From contig CM068749.1 in assembly GCA_035084275.1 (NCBI GenBank), forward strand, positions 15,810,001 through 15,874,000: DNA of 64,000 bases. Reading direction: 5' to 3'. Each line of letters opens with the position of its first letter. Positions within the stretch are counted from its first letter, which is position 1. The notes beneath the pieces were generated by a model, which saw only the letters and a program-made list of their open reading frames with translations, had not been told where the DNA came from and made no database searches. Below are positions 39,324-51,270 of this stretch, piece after piece. The translations under genes were made by a program, and so were the position numbers. This DNA comes from Hydrolagus colliei. Its lineage: Eukaryota.

Positions 39324-40554
39324 CTCGCCCCCACCCACCTCCAAGGTCTGAATTTTTTAGGGCGAAAACCCAAGGTTTGTTTCAACACAAAATAAATACT
39401 GTTCTGCTCCATTAAGAGAAATTATTGTACAAGCTTAACACCTTTTGTCAAAACAGAATGGCAGCCTCGGAGACAGGAATGGAGAGCACAGGGTATTAAA
39501 CATAGCCTGGTAATAACATTGACATTTACCCTGAGAGTTGAGCTCATTTACTCCAAATCTGACTAAGCTCCTAAACCACAATTTATTTGTTGTTTAATAC
39601 GATACTTTGGATTATTGTTGCCATGTTTATTAATATTTTATGTGAACTATTGCTTCATTTCAAACATGTCTTAAAGTGTTTATAAATGTCAATATTCATT
39701 CTCAATAAATATATACATCGTAGACTTGCAGGCGGGAAGAGGAGGGTTTGATCCGCAGGATTTACTTGTCAGAGTAAAACAGGGGTCCCTTGTCTGTGGG
39801 ATGACCTGCGCGCTACCTGATGTACAGGTGCTTAGTATGCAAGAAATGCTTCATCTTCCAGCACTGTCAAAAAGCACACTAATGAGAAAAGAACAAGGCC
39901 ATTATAAATAGCTTCTCAAGATTAGCCGTTCTGTCGGCATGGGGTGAGCTAAACGCTGGCTACATTAATCACTAATAATGCACACCTGCACTTCATTACT
40001 CCTTAATTAATCCACTTTGGACACTTTTAAGTGTTGGAAAATAGCTCCCGCACAAAAAAAGCTTAACGGGATCTGTTATTGTTTGGAAACTTTTACACTC
40101 ATTTCCGGTCTGCCTGGCCCAGTGTTCGTGGGTTGGAAGTCTGCTGTGGATCATGTTTATACTGGGCAGCTACAACACATCATTCTGCTCTTGAATTTCT
40201 TGATGCACATGCTACTATACACTGCTATGATGTTGAATTGATCAACAGTGGCTCTGAATTGTTGTCATGGCATTTCTGCACTCCATACATTGGCATCATA
40301 TGCGTTTATTCTCCGATTGCCACAATTAAATATCCGTATTGTTTTATTCTACATTGTAGCTCAGGCCTGGATTTTGGGGGGAGTAGCCAGATATTTTACA
40401 CACGTGAAACCCATCCCCATACATATGTATGGTTCCTGTTTGTCATAGTGCATATACGCTTCCCAGAAGAATGCAACCTTTGTATCTGATCCAAGAATTC
40501 AGATACAGATTGACAAGAGCAAGGCTTCGGGTTCTAGAGTGTTTGTTGGAATTA

Positions 40555-40660
40555 CAATAATAATCCTTGCACTTGATATGGCGCTTTATCACATCATTGA
40601 GAAGCCTCAAAGCACTTCACGCTGTCGAATGGAGTGACTGTATTTTGTGGGTGAAAATGG
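40555..40660 (-). mobile_element. SINE 3' fragment
   Basis: aataataatccttgcacttgatatggcgctttatcac...ctcaaagcacttcac...gactgtattttgtgggtgaaa. Confidence 0.8.
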
Positions 40661-42436
40661 ATACTGCTGGAAACCACCCTTACAAATGCTGACAATCTTC
40701 CTTTGGCTGATCCAGCTAGGATGGCCCTACTTGTTAGAGCTTTGCCTTGCAGGGTTAACCTTCCTAGCCCTCAGTAACCATTCTTATTCCTACAAAACCT
40801 GCTAACAAATCAGACTGGAAGCCCAGTTGGCTCTGCTGCACAGAAGATCAATTCCTGGACCTCTCAACTGGACTGAAGGGAACCCTGAACTGTGAAGTAG
40901 TTCTGGACGTCAGTAAACCCCTTGGGAACCCATGATACTGTATTATTGATTATTCAGCTCAACATCATGGTGAATTTTTATTCTGCCCACCAATTATTTT
41001 TAATCATCAGGTTCCCTTCTTTGTGGATTTACTGTTCTGTTTACCTCAACTCCTTCCAATGCTCACACTGACCTAGTAACAAATAGAAATTCTTTAATTA
41101 TGTAAGACAATTCAGGCCCATCTTCCTCTGTTCGTACGAACCGAGTCCCCCTAATTCCGTCCACTAGTTTCCCATGAATGTCTTATAACAACAGCATTGA
41201 TTCCCTTCACGGCATCTCGTGTTTGAGCACTTGTATTTGAAGCACTGAAATGTAAATATATGCCAAAATAATACAAAACCATGTTTTTTTTTACAAAAAA
41301 TAGGTTTATAATCTCTCACTGATTACAAATACAAAACCAGACATTCAATTCTATTTACTAGCCACATACCTCTGCAAAATGATTCCTTTTTAGATATCTA
41401 TCATGTTTCCTTTTGAAAGCTAATATGGCTAAATACAGCCCTAAATCTCTCAACATTTCTTCAATGTTGACAGCCGGTACAGGTTGTTTTCTGGTTCCTA
41501 TTATATTTTCCATGTCTTGTTGCATAAACCTGTTGCAACCTTAACAATCAAGATTATGATTGTTCTGAAAGTTGGCAAAACAATGTTTTACATCCGCTTT
41601 CTTTGAAGAATATGTCACTGCTGATGAGACATGATGAAGCGTCATTTTTCAAAAACCTTTTTTATTAAAATAAAAACTACCCTTTAAATTATTGGCCACT
41701 TATATCAGTTTACCATTGTATCACCAAACCAGGACTCAAAAACATACTGCAACTTCATGTCATGTTAAGTTGTCTTGTATGACAATTTATTCTAAAGAGA
41801 CACCAGGGTCCTTTAAGAATGCTGCCGAAACATTGCCTCTTTACACCTGGAAGCTTGACTAGTTTCACAGCATACACGAGAACACGGACCACAGCCCAAG
41901 AAAATTGTTGTAGCTTGGAAAATTTTCACAGTGTTTTCTTTTGAGAGAAACTAGGTAATTTGTTATGAAACCTTCCTGACAGAATGATGAAGCACATGTC
42001 TTTTGTTTTTCCCACAGTGTATAGCCATGAGAGTCAAAGGAAGCTGTGCTTACTGTAACTTGTTGACTGACAATTAGATCAGAAACCCTAGGAAATAGGA
42101 TCTCATAATGGTGACCTTGTGGGAATCTGTAATAAAGTCCAATGGTATCAAATAGCACCAGGCACTTCAATTAAAATGCAAGTAAAACAAATATTCTAAG
42201 CAACTACATTTTAAAAAATAATCTTGTACTGTGAAAACCACAGAATATTTGCATTACAGTTCAAAACATGCAGCAATATGTGCGGGTCTTGCTAGCAGAC
42301 GACTTGATTGACTTTGAACACTGTTGTGTCACCTGTCACAGCATTAGTAAACGAGAGAGCCGCCTGAAGCTTGATTTGCTTTTAATGTACACATCGAGAA
42401 TCGTTTAGCGACTTTGAACTGCTATTTTGTGCATAG

Positions 42437-42461
42437 GTGTGTGTGTGCATGTGTGTGTGTG
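42437..42461. repeat. (TG)n microsatellite
   Basis: gtgtgtgtgtgcatgtgtgtgtgtgt. Confidence 0.8.
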
Positions 42462-42834
42462 TATATACATTGGTCATGCTGTTATGGTATTTTAGATTCT
42501 TCCCTTAATTTTTATAGCGAGTTTGGAACAATTAATAATTAATGTGCATCTGCTCATATGATTTTGCCAAAACAGGAAAAGATCTAGCAGTGAACTAATT
42601 GAACCCAGCTGTTCATTGTAAACCAAGGCGAGAGAGAGAAAAAAATCTTGACAGTGAGGATTTTGTTAGTGCACTTTTTTGGCGTGTAGGTATCCAGATA
42701 TGTGTGTGTAAATGTGTGTATGTTTGTGCGCAAGAATGCTCAGAGGGCAGATAGGAGGAAAATCCCAATTTGATGCTTCAGGGCCTGATCAGGAACAGTT
42801 TGAGTCTTTTTTCGAGGAGAGGTTGTAAATCATA

Positions 42835-43095
42835 CACAGAAGGAGATTGATGATGTTTGTGGAATGTACTCTCAGGATACCACCGAGGTGTTTGGTCCTG
42901 AGGCTTAAGAATTACTTTTGTGGAAGGAGTTTATCATTAAGGTTGATGATGTGCCTGCAACTAGGAGAAAGAGCAATGTTAGTAACAGGAATGTGATTTG
43001 TATTCCGTGCCCTGACAAAAACTTTCATCATCCATCCCTGTGACAATTGTGATCGCTGAAGTTTCCTTTAGGGTACTTAAAACAAAAGGGTTTGG
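42835..43095 (+). mobile_element. Decayed hAT DNA-transposon transposase fossil (C-terminal dimerisation domain)
   Basis: With frameshifts and stops reads MYSQD...E.*ELLLWKEF..DVPAT.. / VFRALTK / LSSSIPVTIVIAEVSFRVLKTK, matching the hATC pattern El..W...P.t...FP.L.KL..TlPvT...ERSFS.LK. Confidence 0.62.
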
Positions 43096-46019
43096 ATTTA
43101 TTTTTTTATGGAGTTCCCATCTCTATTTTCACACTGAACAGATCAGTACTTTTAAAATGAGATTCATATACAGACAGTGTGCTGTGCATCAAGGTCTCAC
43201 CAGTCAAAGCTCTCGTTTGTTTTAAAATAAATATCCAGCATATTGTGCAATGACAAGAGATAGAAATTACATTGCAGATGAGATCCCAGCATGTTTCATA
43301 AGACCTATGAGAATTGCAGAAACATATTTGCACCACATCCAAAATTAATGCTCAATTAGAATTTTCTACTTTCTTCAGCGTGTGCTATAAATAGACACAT
43401 TCCCCTGAATTCTGAACCCTGGTCTGATTACACCCAGGTAATATTGCATTTTATGAGGGGAGGGGGTCAGAATATTCATTTCTAAAATTACCTTGGACTT
43501 TATTTTCCGTGGATGCGATGAGCATTTTTTTTAAAAAAAGGCTAACTTAAAACTAATTAGTTTCGTGAAACCAATTAAATATTAGACAGAGTTTGGGAAG
43601 TATTGAGCATGCAAAGTAATTTATAGGAACTGTGTATAGATATGTACATGATACAGCATTAACCCAAACAGACATCACCTCTTTGTCATCCACCAACCCA
43701 TAATACTATGGAAGGATATTGTACAAAGATAGAATGACAACAGTTCCTCCTTCAAAGGAAATCTGCTTTAAAATATAACCAAATTTGTCACTGTTGTGGA
43801 ATGAGGAGCTTATTCCTGTATTATTCCTAAGTGACTGGTATACTTGTAATGGGATTGTAAAAATGATGGATAAAGGCAAGAGAACATCACGTGCACCTCG
43901 CTACATTGCAGCCATGCAATAGATGATTAATGTCATCCTGCTGTTATCAACTACTTACAATCATTTAAGGTATTTCTGCTCACTCTTGAGCTTGTCCCAT
44001 GTCAAAGAAAAGAGTCATCACTATAATAAGTCACTTGTTGGTTTATTATAGTTACATTATTTCAGCAGGACATCAATCGATCAACATTTTATGCTCTCAG
44101 TTGTCCTTTTGATAGTGTAATGTTAAATTTGGAACGTGCGTTTTACCTGACATTGCAAGCAAAATGTGGATAACAATTTTTTGTATGTGGAGATTGCAGT
44201 CATGTAATGAGGTACTGCATCTTATTGTAGCTTTAATCTGTTTGGGTTTGAAATGCTTCCTATGTATCAACATATTTACGTGACAAACAGGATGGATGTA
44301 TCTTGAAATTTGACTTGAATACTCTTATTCCAATCTACATGTTCCAAATTGCTCCCAGTATAATCCAGACCCACTTCAGGTATAGGGCGGTGTTGATTCA
44401 AACACTTGAAGAATCACTTAGAACAATAAATTAGCTCTAAATCCCTTTCTTTACCACCCATCTCCAAGTGGCTGGCGAACATACCAGTCACTGCATCCTA
44501 CAACACTTCTCTGTTCCATCGTGCCCTTTGATTCCACTTGCTACCACAAAATGCTCCAAAAAATTCTTTAAAAAAATCTCTGCTTATGAACACAGGCACA
44601 TGCTCTCTATCCTGTATACACTGAGATGCCATGACTGAGCTGCTGGTCTTTGTAACTCCTCTGATTATTGTGGCCTTGTAAAACAAACAGGGAGGCCACA
44701 AGCTCCACCTCAAAGCGATAGCACCATTCTTACTACAACAACAAGTGAAACCAGGTTTGTAGTCAGAGGTGGCTGTGTGTTCTGCCTCCCAATGGGGCAG
44801 ATGGGACAAAGGGCCTTTGTCAAACCAAACCAATCCTATGATCTTGCAATTACTTTAAAGCACCTGTGCACGCACATTCATGTGTACAACAGTTGTTTTT
44901 CTATCATGTTCCGTTGGAATACATCCAGCAATATAAATGGGGTAGTTGCTACAGACTTGGAACCCAAGCAGATATTAAAGAATTGCTTCTGAAAATGGTT
45001 CTGAGTGCAATGCCACAGCTTTCTGGGTGCATTTGATTGCTAAGACCAGGTGTTAGATCTCAACATAAATGGGCTATCAGTCAGCTCGCACAGAAATGAA
45101 GTCTCAACAGTAGAATGAATTGAAAGATCCAATAAACATAAGTCCACAGGCTGGTTGCTAGGGCTTTGTTGGGTTGCTTTATTATGTTAATGACAGGACT
45201 GCCAGACCTGCCATTGGCACATTGGGTTGAATGGGGTGGTCAGGCTCTAATCACATCCTTCACAGATGTTGTCCTCTTTCTTTCTTTCTTTCACTCCCCC
45301 CCTCCCCCTCCACCCCAACACAACACTCGCACCCAGCACCACCACCCGCCTCCCAAAGCACCAACTGTGACTGACAGGCTGACACATTTGCATTGTTAAA
45401 TTATTAACCTCTGTCTACAAACACCATGTGTAAGTTTTTTTTACTAGTAATCTGAGATTGAGTTGCTTTGATGTAACACAACTAAACATTATGTATGTTG
45501 CAGCCCAACATTCTGTTCATCCTTTAAAAAATGATTTTATTCTCTATTTGAATGATATTAAATTCCACTCAGTTCTGCAATGGAATATTCACTGTCTGAT
45601 TGCGTAAGGCAACAAAACAGTGCTGTTCATGTTCTTAAGGTCAAAGTGTGCTCCGAAATATGGGGGGATTTATTTTTTGTCAGAATGAATGAGTGTTATA
45701 ATAAATGTAAATGTTTTATGTGTGAAATCACATCTTAAATTGTACCTCTTGACTATTAAAATGCCTATTAATTCTCAAAATCTCAACTGGAGATTGCAAG
45801 TGTTGTATTAATCCCAATGTATAGATCAGAAACCAAATCTCCAGATGCTTTAAAAAAAACGCATTGTAGACTGAAAAAGTTAAATAAAAGAATGAAAACT
45901 GTAGAGAATGAAATGATGAAGCAGAACAGAAGTGGTACATGAAATAGAATAAAAGCTATTTTATTTAAATAACACTCTGCAAAATTCTGTTTTTCAGTCA
46001 ATAATTCAGCAATAAGGAT

Positions 46020-46250
46020 AGGAAAGGTCCCAGATCTATTTGGATTTTGCTATCTTACTTTAGAGATTGTATTGGTGTTGGCTGGAATGAGAAAAATCAG
46101 ACAGGGCTGCATCTCTCATCTGTTGGAAAGTGTACCTTTGTTAATGCCTGGCTGGAATAAAACAATATGTCTCACATAATGAGGCTCAGCTGAAATAGTC
46201 TTATGGTTGATTGGCCTTCTAAATACTCAAACATGAAAAATGGTAAGCAC
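46020..46250 (+). mobile_element. Ancient SINE-like repeat copy
   Basis: aaggtcccag...aaaaatcagacaggg...ctgttggaaagtg...catgaaaaatgg shared with the other copies. Confidence 0.4.
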
Positions 46251-47765
46251 CTGTGTAACTACATCTAAGCAGAAGGTAAAAGAGTCAAAAGGTGGCACAA
46301 CAAAACAGTACAGTATGCTTTGGGGGAGATTTATGACCAAGTAAGAAAGTGAGACTGATCAACACTCAGGAGTAATTGCAAGAGCATGAGTAATTATTGA
46401 ATTTCTAACACTTATCTGAGCCCAGATAATTTATTCACGCCCTAAAATCACTCCAGAGGAAGTGCTACTTTAAAAATTAATGTGCACCTCTATGTATTGT
46501 GCATTGTGTGTGGAAAGGGGAAATTTAGTTTGGGGGCATAACTGTTGCAAGAGCTGAGGTCAGGACCAATCTAATCCGTGTCATTGATTTGTGTTGCCAT
46601 CCACACAAAAGGATTATAACTAGTCATGACTGCGAGATGATTATGACCTAATCTGCCATTTATTTCCTGAAAATTCTACAGTTGTCATATATTCCTTGTT
46701 TCTAATTTATGATCAAGACATATAGATTAATGAGCGGCGTGTTTGTAAACAGCAGGCTGTTGCATCAGCAATGCCAGTTTATTCCCCTGTTATCTATATT
46801 TCATGGTGCCTTTCATTGTGTAAATTACAGCATTTAGGCGATAATTATGAATCAGTAGAATGAAGGATGGCTGTCCTCTTGATACATCTTTACATTTATA
46901 TTCCATTTCATCTAACAAGGTTTCTTTAATTTCTCAGCAGGAATTTTCTCATTTCAGATTTAGTTGTGTCAATCTCTGTTAAGCAGCTTGTAACCTCAGG
47001 TGTTTCCCATTAAACCTACCAAGCAAATTATAATAGTATCCAGCAGTGCAGTGGGCACTGACTGTCTTCACTGAACTCACAATAATTATTTGTCCCTGAC
47101 ACAGTTCCCAGGATCCTACATAAATTGGTTCAAATGGTTGGTAATTTGTCTCTTGCCTAAAGATTAATCCCTTTACAAGAAAGAGCGCTTCGGTATAATT
47201 GGCAAGAATAGACAACATCTCTTAATATCACTCATTAATTTAGAGAATGATTTAAAAGGCATGATAAAAGTAGGTCATTGGAGGGATTTGGTTTGCTGAA
47301 GTCAACACCTGCTTGCTAATGGTCAACTTGTGTAAATTGCCCGGGCACTTTGACCTCATGAAAAAGATGAAAGCACTTTCAGCTGTCCGGCAGACTGATT
47401 CTCTGATGAGGAAGATGAGAGGCACAGCTAGTCAGATCTCTCTGCAGTGCACATGTGGTGACATATAGAGACTGAACACATTTGGAATAATGGGTACGGA
47501 ATAGCAGTGCTCTCCCTGACTGATTTGTCTGGGGTTCGTCTATTAGTTTATTTTGTACTGATGAGCATAATAATGCTGAAGTAGAAACTCTGCAATAATA
47601 GAATAACATTTCCAAGTTGCATTTGTGGCTCCTGAGTGCTGAAAACAACAATGCAACTTAGTATTTTTTTTTAAAAAAAGGAATTAGAAACAATGAAGGA
47701 TGTGAGAAATTGGACAGTTTGTGGGTTTAGGGGCTGGCTGGCACAGCTCTATGACCTTTGAGAAG

Positions 47766-47810
47766 ATAATAATAATCCTTGCATTTGATACAGCGCTTTT
47801 CAACGTCGCT
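47766..47810 (-). mobile_element. SINE extreme 3' tail
   Basis: ataataataatccttgcatttgatacagcgcttttcaacgtc. Confidence 0.75.
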
Positions 47811-48648
47811 TGATGGGTTCAAATTGAGCTGAGAATCTGTGTGACTGTGAGGAGCTAGCTGTCTGTGTGCTGAGTTCTAGCATTCACAATCTAGTTGAAT
47901 GGATATGAGACTGAAGTATTAAAAACTGTCCAAAAAATGTTAGTGCATATTCTTTCTTTGACTGGGTTTGTAATATTGTTAGAAATGAAAATGACAAACT
48001 GGTGCAGTATGAACGGTTCTTTTTAAGGATGAATCATAGTACAATATTATGGCAATATAACTGTACTTGATTATGCCAGTGAATAGAAAGTGGAAAAAAT
48101 GTTCCATTCTCCAGCATTTTAGTCCTTCGCCTTTTAAACCTAAAACAAAGCATGTGGACAGCAGATGACATCCTTCAAATGCCCTTAGCAATAATGAGGA
48201 TATATAGTAACCAAGTAATGAGATGTCAAAATTTGCATGGTTCTGTAATGTACTGAATGCTTTACAGGTTCCTAACAATTCTTAAGAGGTGTATTGCTCA
48301 TTGTAATCACTTCATGTTGTAAAAGAGTTATTGGATTGATCTATCAGAGCTTTCTTTGGGGGATTTTCAGTGTAATGGTTTCTGGATGCAATAAAACAAC
48401 ATTTTGTTCTAATAAGGAGAGATCATTACAGTATACTTCCATCTGTGGTTCATAGGATCAAAATGAGCAAACATAACATTGAATTGAGTGAAATGGGGAA
48501 TGTATAATGATAACAATTAGGTGGGAACAAGCAAGCTCACATCAAATCTATGCCAAATCCAATCTATTAAATGTGTTAAGTGTTGTGTTCCCTCTCTGCT
48601 ACAATCATAACTTTGCTGAGTGCTGATTTTCTATTTCACTAAAGGATA

Positions 48649-48824
48649 CAATAATAATAATCCTTACATTTTGATATAGTGCTTTTCACATCTTCTAGAT
48701 GTCTCAGAGCGCTTCACATAATACACTGTAAGGTGAATTGACTGTATATGTTTGTGGGTGAAACATGGCAGCGAATTGTCCCACAAACAGTTGTGGATTG
48801 AAATTTGATTTTGAAGGATTATTA
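48649..48824 (-). mobile_element. SINE 3' half (TAGAA-loop subfamily)
   Basis: aataataatccttacatt..agtgcttttcacatcttctagatgtctcagagcgcttcac...gtcccacaaacagttgtggattgaaat. Confidence 0.9.
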
Positions 48825-49389
48825 TCAAGCTTTTATGGAGTAAAGAAATTCTAAATATAAACTCTAAATAAGGAGATTGTGTGCTGTTTGACTGGAAGAA
48901 GCTCTCATTTTGGTTCCGACATGGTCAAAAAATTGTGTGCACACAGTCCAAGTTTGAATTTAGAGACACCTTTATGCTGGACAATTTTTCAATGCTATGT
49001 TCAGCATTGCATTTTATTTATGATAATTTATTACATTGCTGGAAGCAACAAGATATCGATCTCACCTTTAGATCACTGCAAGCCAAAACCTAGCCCTAAA
49101 CAGCTCACACTTGGAATGAAATATTTGAAATAGTATGTCAGGATTGTGTTGCATGTTGCATGTGAAGTAGGTCCAGGAGTATGTGTATCCTCACTTGAGT
49201 AATCCAGAATCTTGAAGAAGCTGCTTCTTGCATGATGGAAAGAATATATAAATTTTATTCTAGATTATATAAAGCTCTAGGGGCTATTGGTACTGATAGG
49301 CAGGGGCTAGAAACTTCAAATAACTTTGCCTGCCAATGAGAATTGAGGTTAAAGCCAGCGAATAAGGAAATAGTTGTTTTCTGGAAATT

Positions 49390-49580
49390 GGGGCAGACGT
49401 GGAAAAGAAACAATTGGCCTCAGTACTCCCAGGTCAAGGATTCTGTTTACTGTCCATCCAGTGACATCTGCTTGAAAGTGCATTTGTGTAGATGTCAAGG
49501 AAGACATAATTGGGAATTGCATTCTCTTTTTATGTACCACTCAGTCAAGCAGCCTGCTGACACCCATTGACTAGTATTAC
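49390..49580 (+). mobile_element. Ancient SINE-like repeat copy
   Basis: acaattggcctcagt...tccagtgacatctgcttgaaagtgcatttgtgtagatgtc...agcagcctgctgacacccattg. Confidence 0.5.
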
Positions 49581-51004
49581 TCTTGAAAGGGGAAGTGTGT
49601 TTGAGGGTTATCTACCTTGGAAATGTATGTCAAGATGAGCCACTGCCTTCAGAAGTGAAAGAAAGGGACCTATGGTCTTGAGAGGACTGTTTTACCAAAC
49701 TTTTCAATTTTATCAATGAAAAGTGTCATTTTTACAAAGCTAATTCAAAACCCAGTTCGTTAGAAAAGGACATTGTCCACTTTGAATCTTACGCTTCCTC
49801 ATAAAACAGCATTGAAAAGTACAGTTTGTTTGGGTGCTTTCTTCGTGATTATTATGAAGGAATCGACTACAGTAAGATTAAATGTCTTTTTGCAAAGAAC
49901 AAATATATTGATCACCAATTAAATAGCAGTTTAATGGTGAATTATTTTATTGCAGCTCATTACACTTTCCTGTTCCTAATTGTGTTCTTATTTTTTCCCA
50001 GAAAGTCTGCCGATAGAAATTGGAGATATTTCATTTGGCTGCTTTGCTCCTGGAAACTAATTTGGCTCATTACGTAGAGCTAGCACCTAGGATATTCTAA
50101 TGAAGCACAATGTTACATGATAATCCTAAATGAAGGTAGACACAGGCAATCAAGTTCCATTTGTTTGAAGGTTTGTAACTGCAGAGACACCTCATTGTTT
50201 TGCCAAATCCAATTCTCTTGTGTTTTGAGACAATGTTATTGAGCAAGTCTAACAATTTGCCTAGGATGTAAACCAGCAGTCACAACCAAGCAACATGAGA
50301 TTACTAATGTGTGATAGTATCGACTCGACCAGAACTCAATAGTTTTTTTAATATATATAATATATAGCTCCTAGCAAGTGTCTCTGGAGAACAAATTAGG
50401 AGCATGCTGAGAAGGGAAAAGTTTAGGGATGCTCAACATTTATATGGAGGTATTTTTCTCTGTGTTGGCAGGAACAGACCGTAAAGTTTAAATTAACCCA
50501 AAAGGGGACAAGTTATTACCCAATAATTGAATTAACAGGAATCTTTTTAAATCATTCACTGTTCATGAGTCTTGAACAACTGTAGTGTACGTCATCACTA
50601 TAAAAACTGCATTAATCAACATATCTTAGTCTTCTGGTTATGTTATTCTTTTTACTCTCTTGGATAACTGGACAGTGCAGTAAAACAAATGGAGACTATA
50701 CATTTGGAAGATTAAATAGCAAAAAGAAAAGATCGAAGTGTGGAAGCTATTCTTGCCTTGGTCTGGTTTACGTATTGTATTATGACTCCAACATAATATA
50801 AAGTTTGGGATGTCGTCATTTGCATTGAGTCGTCCATATTGGCTCGTTAATTAAAAAAAGGGATACTGGTTTTGTCCTCCTCACTCGAAAACTCCTGACT
50901 CTGGCTGTGAGGAGATTAGAAAGAAATACAAGCTCCAGGACAGTAGTCTACGCTCAGTTACCTCAAAGAGAACAGTTATAGGCATACCAACTATAGCTCA
51001 GAAC

Positions 51005-51148
51005 TAAAGCAAAATACTGCAGGTATTGGAAACCTGAAAAAAAAACGGATGTCGCTGGGAAGTTCTGACGAAAGGTCATCGACCTGAAACGTTAACTCGT
51101 TCTCCATAGATGCTGCCTGACTTGCCAAGTGTTCCCAGCAACTTCTGC
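51005..51148 (+). mobile_element. Penelope-like element (PLE) terminal-repeat remnant in inverted arrangement
   Basis: aaagcaaaatactgcag..ttggaaacctgaaa...gctgggaa is the reverse complement of the element end seen at 60415-60475. It is followed by ctgacgaaaggtcatcgacctgaaacgttaac...tccatagatgctgcctgac..gtgttcccagc. Partial inverted termini carrying hammerheads are typical of PLEs. Confidence 0.72.
51061..51097 (+). ncRNA. Minimal type-I hammerhead ribozyme motif (PLE-type)
   Basis: Stem I AGTT(51061-64)/AACT(51094-97); core CTGACGA (51065-71) plus extra A; stem II AGGTC-atc-GACCT (51073-85); GAAA (51086-89); palindromic ACGT stem III; predicted cleavage after GUU (51093). Confidence 0.7.
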
Positions 51149-51149
51149 C

Positions 51150-51270
51150 AGCTAGGGATTCCTTGATGGAAACTACACATGAATGGGCATTGGATGAGCA
51201 CAGGATCAGAGCTGAGTTTTGATAGCCCTATGATCGAGCAGCGAGGAAATCATTGTCTGCATTTACAAGC
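51150..51270 (+). mobile_element. Ancient SINE-like repeat fragment
   Basis: gagcacaggatcagagctg...gatcgagcagc...tcattgtctg, similar to 32590-32660. Confidence 0.35.

Noticed and set aside
47556-47592. Second hammerhead (CTGATGA-GCAT-aata-ATGC-TGAAG)
   Set aside because: Stem II is present but followed by TGAAG rather than GAAA, with no convincing stems I/III.
49995-50060. Exon with LRR-like SLPIEIG after a good acceptor
   Set aside because: The frame stops within 20 codons with no donor and no repeat of the LRR pattern.
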